A stretch of DNA of 64,000 nucleotides from Octopus sinensis (Eukaryota): assembly GCF_006345805.1 (NCBI RefSeq), contig NC_043001.1, positions 72,168,001 to 72,232,000 on the forward strand. The letters are read 5' to 3'. The notes beneath the pieces were generated by a model. That model did not search any database, had not been told where the DNA came from, and worked only from the letters and a program-made list of their open reading frames with translations. The first letter of the stretch is position 1, and every line of letters begins with the position of its first letter. Of this stretch, positions 51,847-63,307 are shown piece by piece. A program made the translations under genes and the position numbers.

Positions 51847-52030
51847 AAAGTTTACAAAAAAAACAAAAGACGAAAACAGGTGGTGTACAAAACAAAAGAT
51901 GTATTAGTATAATGCTCAGGAATAGAAAAAGTCTTTTACGTTTCGAGCCTATGCTCTTCTACGGAAAGGTACACAGAAAAAACAAGGAGAGAAAAAAATG
52001 TGTGTAGTGGTTAACGATCTATCATGGCGT
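51842..52030 (-). repeat. Penelope pLTR-like repeat with a minimal hammerhead-like motif
   Basis: Motif 51933-51968: CTTT-CCGTAGA-A-GAGC-ATAG-GCTC-GAA-ACGT-A-AAAG. Confidence 0.65.
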
Positions 52031-52379
52031 CTGATATATATATATAAAAAAAAGAGAGAGAGAGTACATGTAGTGATGTTGGACTTATTTTGCTATACTG
52101 AATAGCAAAATAAGTCAATCACCACACACACCTCCTTTCCCGTATAACTACCATTCCTTCCTCTCTTTTCAACACCCCCCTCCTCCCCACCAAATACACA
52201 TACCCACATAACCAACCTTCATACTGGTCAAAAGGGATAAACATCCATTAATGTTATGTTGCCTGAAGAAATGAATCCATGACGATGGATGATCTACCTG
52301 ATGTTCAAGGATACTACAGACTACACTGTAATCGCCCCAAGAATAAAGATTGTGATCTTAAGAGACAAGTGATTTGTAG

Positions 52380-54100
52380 AAACGGGTGTAGCGGTGTGTA
52401 ATGGCTTCATGCAGGAATAGCGTGGATTCGATCCTCGATAGCCAAATTTCAATTAACAGTTCAACAGCACTTTTCTCACGGTAAAACAATAGTTTTTCTG
52501 TGAGTGACAGCAGTTACATTTTCCAGGTGCCTTCGCTAAGCAGAATAATATTTTTACCACTTGACCCTTCTAACCTCTTCTAGGCCACAAAAGCTAGAAT
52601 AGAGATAACAGACCGCCAACGAAATCTTTTGTTCTCAACATTATGTCCATCTTTCTAATTAGTTTTGGATAGTTTCCCTAAATGTTTTGTTTTGTCCTTG
52701 TGCTGTCGAAATTAGTGAACGGACAACTAGAGTCATAGTCACAAGCAGGCAGACGCTAAAGACAAACGGCCAGAGGGAGAAAGGTTACAACCAGCCAACT
52801 ATGAGACAACTTTCACTAAACTCACTTTCTTTTCTCTGTAACATTACCATCTCTCTCTATATATACTATGAGATCGTGTACACACCCCGGCCGAAATTAA
52901 CTCTTTTTACCACGCATGCTTTTCCATTTACTAATTTTACATACCAACCCGTCGTGGTTTTGGATATATACAAAGTAACGGTAAATAAAAATCTCTTTAC
53001 AACTTCAATCACTGTTCTTTCATCTTCCACATCTTACAACATGCCGTTGCAATAAATCTTAACCGTTACAGGTGCATTAATATAGTTATAAATTTCAACC
53101 AAGGATTATTGTTATTATTACTATATTTATCCTACACTATATTGGTACCGCCTGATGCAACCCCCAAAACTGGTTCACCAGTTGGCATCATTAGATCGTG
53201 GCTAGCATAATGGAATAGAAGCTTTATCAAGAATATTTAAATGGTTTCCCATAAGCAAATTTAAATTAAAGATTATGTGTGTGTGTATGTAAATAACTAT
53301 TTATAAATAATTTTAAAAGAGTTTTTTTTTCTTTATTTCCCTTTTCTTCAGATTGAACGAAAACATTTCAACTGTGCTTAAATAATGGTAAACGTCACTC
53401 CAAGAGAATTAGGGGAAGCCAAAGATAGAATATAACGGTGAGGTTTTACTCCATTAGTAAAATGAATAATAAAAAAAAAAGAAAGAAAAGACCCAGAAAT
53501 AGGTCATTAGTCGCCCAAAATAAACACACGAAATGCGCGCGCGCATGTATATATATATATACACACATATATATGCATGTGCCCCCGCTAGTTTGTTGCA
53601 TCGTAACTCCCAGAATAATGGAAATTTTTGAATGAAATTATCTACAAACACGCTTCAGATGGTGAAGATTATTATTATATCGGAATATGTACAGGAAAAA
53701 ATTTCCCGAGGGTGGGGCGAGAAGTTTCGGAAAATTCACATGAGACGCCTTCCTTACCCATTTCAGAAAAATAAGTAATTTTTTACGAGATTTTCTATAA
53801 ATACATTTCAGAGTGAGTAGAATGCGATTATATCGGAATATGATATGAAAAAATAAATTTGTTGGGCTCGTACACACATACATACTGACACACGTCACAT
53901 ATATCTACAAAATGAAACTTGAAATTTCGAAAAAAAAATGTGATCTGTGTGTGTGTGTACATTGGGATTTAAAAATGTGATCTGTGTCAGTATATTTGCG
54001 CACGTGCTCGCTATTTTTCATTTTACATTAAGTTTCGATATAATCGTAATTTACATACGCTGAAAAGTATTTGTAGAAAATTTCATAAAAAAACAAATTC
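52380..54100 (-). promoter_or_regulatory. Putative GABPA promoter and first-exon region
   Basis: CpG retention (about 29 CpG in 53340-54060 against near absence in the introns), GTGAGT donor at 52825-52820, GCGCGCGCATG and TGCGCACGTG motifs; not recognised as a repeat. Confidence 0.45.
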
Positions 54101-54305
54101 TGAAAGTTATCAAGAAACAAAGACTCGTGTGAATTTTCTTAAACTCTTCTTTCCTACTCACAAAAGAACTCTTTCACAACAAATTGCCATAGAATCAGAA
54201 TGTACACATTCTGAGGCCTATTTGTAGAAAATTTCATTAAAAAACCCCATTTTTCTGGAAGTTATAAGGAAACAAAATAGAGGGGAAGTTACATATGTAA
54301 GTATG

Positions 54306-54337
<32 letters not shown>

Positions 54338-54461
54338 CTACATATATATATATATATAAATTTAAATAAGGGTGAAAAATTGAATATTAATTTGATTAAT
54401 ATCAATTTAAAACCAGTGGCCTAGCATACTGAAAAAATCTGAAGATTCAGGAAAATTATAT

Positions 54462-54534
<73 letters not shown>

Positions 54535-54537
<3 letters not shown>

Positions 54538-54682
54538 GATATGACCACTAAGTGGAGATCCATTATGCTAGATGTAGACCCCATATGGTCTGACGACTAT
54601 TGAGAACAATCTTTTCTTAGTGGTCAGACCATATGGGGTCTACATCTAGCATAGTGGATGTCTACCTAGTGGTCATCTCACT
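54535..54682. mobile_element. Shorter MITE of the same family as 51423-51672
   Basis: Shared GATGACCACTA..TGCTAGA.GTAGA..TATGGTCT TIR; TA flanks. Confidence 0.8.
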
Positions 54683-55966
54683 TATTTATTTATCTATATC
54701 TACTTATATATAAATGATTTGTTTAGTATAAGGGCAAAAATATGGACAAATAAATAGATAAATAAACTGATTGAGAAATATAATCAAGAAAATAACTCTC
54801 ATGAATTCCGTCCCTCGGATGAAGCACCAAATATGATTGTTACAGACGAGATATAGCTGATGATTGTTGTACTATAGCAGTTCCTTCAACAGTGACAAGT
54901 TGATAAAAATAATCGCTACATAAACAACAAATTCAAGGATTCCATTTTTTTGTTGTATTTTCGTTACGTAGGCAGCCGAACCTGGCCTAAATTAAATCTG
55001 GGAAAAAGGTGAAACAGCGCGACGGAATTCGTCATAAATTGCAATGGAGCGACAAAGCCAATATCACATTTTAAAATAATTTCTTTGTAACTAAACACTT
55101 TTAAACTTCGTATACTGGTAGTGTGTTACATAAAACATCTTTTTCTCTTGGCTTTCTTGAGAAAATTCTGTAGTTTGTAAGCTATTTGTTGTTTAATTTC
55201 TTGCATTTCGGCAATTTCAACCAATCAATTGAGGTGAATACAATTTCTGCCGTAGTTTGTCAAATGAGCCCTATAGTCTGCTTATAAAGTATTTGCCTGG
55301 ATTATAATAAATTTTCCATTTGTAAGTGTGTATGTGTGTGTGTGGGGGGGGAGGGGGGGTTAAAATAACAAAGGAATAAGAAATTGTCATGAACTTCATA
55401 AGGTTACAGTTGTTTCTGCAATAGATTGTAATGCACTCATAGTTGAATGTCTGTGTTTATAAATGTAAATGCTTTCCCATATAAAATTGCACTTCATGTT
55501 TGAACCTCCATTGAAACTTTAGGACACAAGCATTCAACTATGAATGCATCTCATCTTAGAGCAGAAACAGAGGTAAGCTAAGTAAGTTCATGATATCATT
55601 TCTTATTCCTTTGTCATTTTAATTTCTTATTACTTCTCTGTACTCGACAGACTTTGTTGTGAAGCAAAATGTATACTGAGTTTTAACACCAGTTTAATAG
55701 TATCGCTATGCTTACGTGAGAATGTATATATCTACTATGTAAATGAAAGTCTATGTGTGTGTGTTTGTAAATATGTCTGCATTTCAACAGGTATTCAATT
55801 ATAATTATTCAAAAGAAAACATACGTTGAGCCACTCTTAATTTAATTTTATTCGAAGTCGACCCTATATAAATAGCGTTTAGTAATACGAGTCATAAAGG
55901 TCATTATTATGAGATGATTATAAGATGATAATAATAATAAAGTAAGAGAACAAAACGAACCAATTG

Positions 55967-56453
55967 TATATATATATACATACATATATATATATATATA
56001 TATACATATATATATACATACATACATATATATATATACATACATACATATATATATATACATACATACATATATATATATACATACATACATATATACA
56101 TACATACATATATACATACATATATATATATATACATATATATATACATACATATATATATACATACATATATATATACATACATATATATATATACATA
56201 CATACATATATATACATACATACATATATACATACATACATATATATACATACATATATACATACATACATATATATATACATACATACATATATATATA
56301 TACATACATATATACATACATACATATATATATACATACATATATACATACATACATATATATATACATACATATATATATATATACATACATATATATA
56401 TACATATACATACATATATATATACATATACATACATATATATATACATACAT
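55967..56453. repeat. (TA)n/(TACA)n compound microsatellite
   Basis: Seen directly; it accounts for the spurious Y/I/M/C-rich ORFs. Confidence 0.98.
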
Positions 56454-57560
56454 AAAGTGCGCTTGGGGAATATAAAAGGTCTGTCTTGTCTATCTATCTT
56501 CCTTTCTCATAGAAAGGAATCGCGTAAGTACTCTCTCTCAGCCGGTGAGGTAAGGAGAAAGATATTATTTATTTTGTTATCATTAGTGTTCTTTCAAACA
56601 GAAAATAATAATATATCTATGTGTATGTATATGTGTGTATTAGAAGTATAGTCGCAATTAGTTTTTATTTTAGAAAACATTGTCTGTAGCGACGGACAAA
56701 TATATATTTCCTTTTCTCTTTTTCTCTGCTTAAATTCTGTAAAATCTCTATGTGTATGTATATGTGTGTGTTAAAAGTATAGTCGCAATTAGTTTTATTT
56801 TAGAAGACATTGTCTGTAGCGACGGAGAAATACATATTTTCTTTTCTCTTTTTCTCTGCTTAAATTCTGTAAAATCTCTTGGATTGTTTTCTTTTCTTTC
56901 AGCTATTTCATTATTATTATTATTGTTTCTTTATATACTCACTTGGTACTACTGTTTATATATGTGCATGTGCACACATGTGTATATATGTATGTATACG
57001 CGTGTATGTGTGTGTACAAATAGCTTCGCTTAGAATTCTCCCCTCTCTCTCTCTCTCTGTCTGTCTCTTCAGTTCTCTCCCTCACGCTTCTCCTTGTCTC
57101 TTCATAACTCTCATTCTATCTTACTCCCCTCTTGCAAATATATAAATTCTCTCTATATTTCTTCCTTCTCTCCCTATCTCTTCAGTTTCTCTCCCGCTTC
57201 TCCTTGTCTCTCCATTACTCTCTTCTATCTCTTCAGTTTCTCTCCCACTTCTCCTTGTCTCTCTTCTAACTTACACTCCTCTCTCGGATACATATAAGGA
57301 CATAGACGCTTTCTCTCTCTTCCTTCAGCTCTCAGTCTCTCCTCTTCCTCTTCTCTCTTACTCTCGGCTCCCAATTTCTCCTTAAGTACATAGACGCTCC
57401 CTTTCTCTACTTCCTCCCTACCCCCTATTGCACTATTAGATTAATATAAATTAATATAATATAATTAATATAATATAATATAATATAATTCCTCCCTTCC
57501 TCTCTCCTCCCTTCTCCCTTTTTCCCTCAAAGCTTCTCTCTCTCTCCCCGCTACAACGGA

Positions 57561-58514
57561 ATGGACAACATGCAAAAATTAGAGGTGAATGCAAACACTG
57601 GCGTCAACAAAAGCCAGCGTAACTGGATGAAAGTAGAGCTGGAAGTTTTCATCAGAGGATGGAGCTTGGCCGACAGATCGCAACCAACTAAAAACATAGC
57701 GGCGACCCTGAAAAGCCATGGCTTTATGAGGACGTTGGCGCAAGTAGAGAGGAAGAAAAGAGAAGTCGAAAGGGCCTACACTCTCATTGCACCACACATG
57801 GCTTTGCTAAGCCAAGTCCTCAAGGTGGACAAAGACAAAGAGAGAGAGATGGAAACAGGAAACACCAACCACAGAGTGTCAAAAAATGACACGCCCACTG
57901 CCACAGTCGAAGAAGGCAAGCAGGGCAAACAACAGATAGGCGGCGATGGGGAAACGGAAAATAACCACCCGGATGAAAATACCTATGCAGAAAGGAACCA
58001 GTGGACAACCGTCCAACGGAGGAAGAAAAAACAGAGAGGAACTGGGGACAAGAAAACCCAGATAACATGCAAATTCTTCCGGAATGGAACCTGCTGGCAT
58101 GGAGAAACAGGGGAAGGATGCAGGTTCGCTCATCCCAGGCCCTATGGAAATTGCATCAAACCCACTCGACCAAAATGCCTTAACCAAAACCAAGACCGAA
58201 ACCAAAACCAGAACAAATACAAGCTGCCCCAGAAATATGCAGACATAGTGCGTAATGCCCCAACAAGGAGAAGGCGCACATTTGCAGAGGAAATGCAGAC
58301 GGCGGCAGCAGAACAAAGAAATTTTGTGGAAATAGCAGAGAAAATTGTGGGACAACTGGCCTGGATACATCGTCTTCAGAGCCAGGGGCACTCACAACAG
58401 CACTCAAGACCACCACAATCAAGGGACCCAGGGTGGCCACCGCTGACACCAGCCCAGGTGCCACACCGACAGCCTTTATTGACACCCCAAATATCTCACC
58501 AGTGCTTCTGCTGA
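57561..58514 (+). CDS. LINE ORF1 (317 aa): Myb/SANT-like N-terminus and a CCCH zinc finger
   Basis: Intact ORF; C-x7-C-x8-C-x3-H at 58068-58133; basic RRKKK stretch. Confidence 0.85.
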   Translation: MDNMQKLEVNANTGVNKSQRNWMKVELEVFIRGWSLADRSQPTKNIAATLKSHGFMRTLAQVERKKREVERAYTLIAPHMALLSQVLKVDKDKEREMETGNTNHRVSKNDTPTATVEEGKQGKQQIGGDGETENNHPDENTYAERNQWTTVQRRKKKQRGTGDKKTQITCKFFRNGTCWHGETGEGCRFAHPRPYGNCIKPTRPKCLNQNQDRNQNQNKYKLPQKYADIVRNAPTRRRRTFAEEMQTAAAEQRNFVEIAEKIVGQLAWIHRLQSQGHSQQHSRPPQSRDPGWPPLTPAQVPHRQPLLTPQISHQCFC

Positions 58515-61447
58515 ATGTCAGAGGTCTGGTGAAACCCACTAATATGAGTAAAATTCCTTACCTTAGGGACTTAAGCACAAGCAACCATGCAATATGCATA
58601 GCGCTGACTGAAACGCACCTGTCAAGCAGTATAGCAGATGCAGAAATACACATACCAAAGTATACTGTTTTTCGGTCAGACAGGAAGGAAAGAACTCATG
58701 GTGGGGTTGCCCTGTACGTCCGTGAAGATGTCACACCCATAGTACTGTTGACACACTCAAACTCAGTCTGTGACACACTGATAGTACACATGAAACAGCC
58801 GAAAATAGTAATATGTGTCACATATCGGCCACCAGACACCCCTAGTCATGAAGGAGTGTTTGAAGATAGCCTCGGAAGAATAGAAGAAGTCCTGGACAAA
58901 CTGGACCAGGGTAACACTATTCTACTGCTGGGAGATTTTAACCTTCCGAAAGTCAAATGGCCAGATGGCCATCTCCTCCCTGGAATGACATCACTTGAAC
59001 AGAGACAGACAGAGTCCTTGTTGGCTCTCACACGCAAGTTTTTCATGGAACAAGCAGTGCTTCGGCCAACAAGAGGTGAGAATGTCTTGGACCTCTGTTT
59101 CACAAGCAACCCGATGCTCATCCACAACATAATGGTAACACCAACAATTCTCTCAGATCACAACTTAGTAGAGGTAATGATATATGGTATGAGAGAGTTA
59201 GTTGAGACGCAGCCATTAGAAAATACCACAGGCCTATCCAGTCTAAACTTCCATAAGGCAAACTGGAAGAAGATCAACGAAGAGATCCGAAAACATGACT
59301 GGAGTGACTTCATCACCACACAAGACACCAACACACATTTCCAACATTTCATGACAACAATACAGAACATATGCCATAAGTTTGTCCCGGAGAAAAAAGC
59401 CAGCGGGCATAGGAACGTTATTCCCAGAGACAGGAAAATACTTATGAGGCGAAGAGCTAAGCTCTCGAAGCAACTGAATGCACGGCAGAGAAACAATGAG
59501 GGACTCCACCTGAAACTTTTTGAAACGGAAACTGCACTCAAACTTTCCTATGAGAAGGAGAGGGCAGAGAGAGAAGCCAGGGCCATAGAGAATATTAAAA
59601 CAAACCCTAAAGCCTTCTTTAAATTTGCGAAAGAAACCACCTCGGTACACTGCAAGATTGGCCCACTCTTTGATAAAAAGGGCTCTCTAACTGAGGACCC
59701 CCAAGGGATAAGTGAAATACTAAAGGAACAGTATAAAAGTGCGTTCACATCCCCTCTGGGGCACATGCAAATCACAAACCCAGAAGTTTTCTTTGATGCC
59801 ACAACACTCCAAAACCAAACAACAACCATCGACCACATAGACATAACAGAGAGGGATGTAATATCTGCCATAGAAGAAATGAGAATAAACTCAGCTGCTG
59901 GACCAGATGGATCCCAGCAGTCCTCCTAAAAACATGCAGGCATGCCCTAGCGGGACCACTGAAGTAGCTCTTCAGTGGTTCCTTGGCTAACGGTAAACTG
60001 CCCAGGGCGCTAAAAGAAGGCACCATATGCCCTATCCACAAAGGAGGGAGTAGAGCAGAGGCCAAAAACTACAGGCCAGTCTCCCTGACGTCACACATAA
60101 GTAAGGTCATGGAACGAATCATCAGAAAAAAACTGATCACGTTCCTCGAAGAAACTAACCGTCTCACTGACACACAGCATGGCTTTCGCCCAGGAAGAAG
60201 CTGCCTTAAGCAGCTGTTACAACACTACGACTGGGTACTGAAACAACTACTGGATCGCTCACAGGTGGATGTGGTATATCTCGACTTTGCGAAGGCCTTT
60301 GACAAAGTCGACCACGGAGTGATATGTCACAAATTACTCAGACTCGGCATAACAGGAAAAGTAGGTGAGTGGATACATGACTTCCTGAAGAACAGAAGCC
60401 AGATGGTTGCAGCCAATGGAGCCCTCTCGGGAAAGACACCAATAGCAAGCGGGGTGCCACAGGGCACAGTCTTGGGACCCTTGCTGTTTTGGTGGCGCTC
60501 TCTGACATGCCCTTGGTAGCACAAACAAAATCCCTCACTAGCTATGCTGATGACACAAGGTAGCACAGGCAATCAAAAACCCAGCTGATGCTGACCTTTT
60601 ACAACAAGCTCTGGATGCCATATACAAATGGGCTGAAGACAACAACATGCAATTTAATGCTGGTAAATTTCAAGCCTTACAATATCAAGCTGTAAACACA
60701 TATACATTACAACACAACTATACTGGTCCAGGAGGGATCGAATCCCAGTATCGAAATCAATACGGACCTGGGGATAGACATGAGTGACGATGCATCTTTT
60801 TCTTCACACATCGCGAGGTGGCGACAATGTGCAGACGACTCACTGGCTGGATCCTGAGGACATTCCGGACAAGAGACTGCGAGACCATGTTGACACTATG
60901 GAGGACATTTGTCCTAAGCCGCCTGGACTACTGCTCCCAACTGTGGTCACCGCATAGTGTCAAACTAACCACAGAGCTTGAGACAATCCAAAGACATTTC
61001 ACCAGAGGATTTCCACCATGAAAGAAAAGAACTATTGGGAGAGGCTTAGGGAACTCAATTTGTACTCCTTGGAAAGAAGACGAGAGAGATATGCAGTGAT
61101 ATACATATGGAAAATCCTGGAGGGACTAGCACCAAATTTTGGAATTGAGAGCTGTTCCAATCCCCGTACAGGACGTCACTGTGTGGTGCCAAAGGTCCCG
61201 TCTTCACATCCAGGGTAAGGAGCAGATACTGTAATAGCCTGGGGTTCAGGGGCCCTCAGCTGTTCAACAAACTGCCAAGAAAACTAAGAGATCTACATGA
61301 TGCGGATGTGGACATTTTCAAAAAACATCTAGACAAGCTGCTTTCCGGGATCCCAGATGAACCCACTGCAAGGTACGAAGGTAACCTAAGGGCAGCAGCT
61401 ACAAACTCTCTCTTAGATCAGTGGCCAGCCACGGCAAACTGGACTTA
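58433..61447 (+). pseudogene. LINE ORF2 (AP endonuclease and RT), with a few frameshifts and a stop
   Basis: LLNVRGL, LTETHL, YRPP, GDFN, LDLCF and SDH (APE); NYRPVSLTS, QHGFRPG, DFAKAFD, GVPQGTVLGP and YADDT (RT); C-terminal [13 protein letters not shown]. Confidence 0.92.
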
Positions 61448-61660
61448 GAGAGGGTAGCAACAAGGGCGGTGCCCCAGCATGGCCTCAGCCGGATGGCTGA
61501 AACAAGTAAAAGAGTAAAAGAGTATACATACATATATATATACATACATATATATATACATACATACATATATACATACATACATACATATATATATACA
61601 TACATATATATATACATATATTCACATATATATATATACATATATTCACATATATACATA

Positions 61661-61870
61661 TCCTTAAATCCTTAAAAATGTTTTAGCCCGAAGGCCGCGG
61701 CCATGCTGGGGCACCACCGCTGAATGAGCTACACTAGTTTGTGAATCCACCTCTGATACGTAGCACTTGATCAACAAGGGAGTTCGATGCTGCTGCCCGC
61801 ATCCGCGTCTCCTGTCGTGAGGTAGGTTCATCTGGGACTCCCAACAGGAAGAGATCCAGTTTAGTTTTAT
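61661..61870 (-). mobile_element. 5'-truncated 3' end of a related LINE family (LINE-B), tail-to-tail with LINE-A
   Basis: Minus frame [31 protein letters not shown] parallels [36 protein letters not shown]; tail GGTGCCCCAGCATGGCC...(GGATTTAA). Confidence 0.88.
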
Positions 61871-61903
61871 TCACATATATATATATAATATATATATATA
61901 TTC

Positions 61904-61940
<37 letters not shown>

Positions 61941-62027
61941 ATATATATATTCATATATATATACATATATATATATATATTCACATATATATATATATAT
62001 AACATATATATATAATATATCACATAT

Positions 62028-62121
<94 letters not shown>

Positions 62122-62156
62122 ATTATATATATTATATATATATATATTATATATAT

Positions 62157-62231
<75 letters not shown>

Positions 62232-62564
62232 CATATATATATATATATTATATATATATATATATATTCACATATATATATATATATATATATATATTCA
62301 CATATATATATATATATATATATTCACATATATATATATATATATATTATATTCACATTATATATATACTATATATATATATATATATTCACATATATAT
62401 ATATATATATATTCACACATATATATAATATTATATATATATTAACATATATATATATATATATATATATTCACACATATATATATATATATATATTCAC
62501 ATATATATATATATATATATTACACATATATATATATATATATATATATATTCACACATATATA

Positions 62565-62602
<38 letters not shown>

Positions 62603-62652
62603 TTCACATATATATACATATATATATATACATATATTCACATATATATATA
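61871..62652. repeat. (TA)n microsatellite periodically interrupted by TTCACA
   Basis: Seen directly, about 780 bp. Confidence 0.98.
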
Positions 62653-62657
62653 TTACA

Positions 62658-63295
62658 CTAGCAGTATCGCCGGCGTGCTCGGGGGTTTGTAAGGGAAATA
62701 ACTATATAAGCATTTTTAGAGAGTTATAGCCAAAAAATAGCAAAAACTGCATTAAAATGGAAAAAATATGATGGTAATTTTTTGAAAAATCGTGTTTTGA
62801 CTCATCGTAGACATTTTTAGAGAGTTACTTCCCTTATATAATAGCCGAAAAAATGCATTAAAATGGAAAAAAAAACGATGGTAAATTTTTTTTTAAATCG
62901 TAGACTCATGTAGACGCTTCTTAGCCATTTCTGTTTTGGTGTCTTCAAGCCATGAAGTCGTTGTTCTAAAAGAACGCTGGTCTCCTTGACAACGCATTAC
63001 GACGTTGATTTCCTTACACTCCCTTCCCCCACAGTGCAGGTGTGAGCGGGGACGCCAACTCCGCCGCCATCGACACACGAAAAATTATGCATTAAAATGG
63101 AATAAAAAATGATGTTAAATTATTTTTAAAATCGTAGACTCATCGTAGACGCGCGCTAATACTCAGACGGGCTCGATAGAATCACGACTATAAGCTACCC
63201 GAATTTGGTTAAATGCACCGCAAAATGTGGGAGTAGTTAGGAATCTAAATCGAAGGGGACAGACACTCACACAACTACAGTTTTATATATATAGA
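62658..63295 (-). mobile_element. Non-autonomous Helitron-type element, 638 bp
   Basis: A|TC...CTAG|T termini on the minus strand, a subterminal GC-rich hairpin remnant, and three internal about 65-bp repeats. Confidence 0.8.
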
Positions 63296-63307
63296 TATAA
63301 TAGCGCA

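Larger units (their letters stand above)
56454..61524 (+). mobile_element. Near-full-length L2/CR1-group LINE (LINE-A); 5' boundary inferred
   Basis: ORF1, an APE-RT ORF2, a 3' stem-loop and a (GAGTAAAA)-type tail; both ends abut the same TACA-interrupted (TA)n. Confidence 0.88.

Noticed and set aside
52385-52445. tRNA-like A/B boxes (GGATTCGATCC)
   Set aside because: No cloverleaf; at most a decayed SINE head.
55848-56455. 160-200 aa Y/I/M/C/V/H-rich ORFs, and similar ones at 61399-62092
   Set aside because: Pure microsatellite translations.
57579-60065. Antisense ORFs over the LINE, and similar ones over the Gypsy pol at 7057-9209
   Set aside because: Shadow frames of real coding sequence, with no independent motifs.
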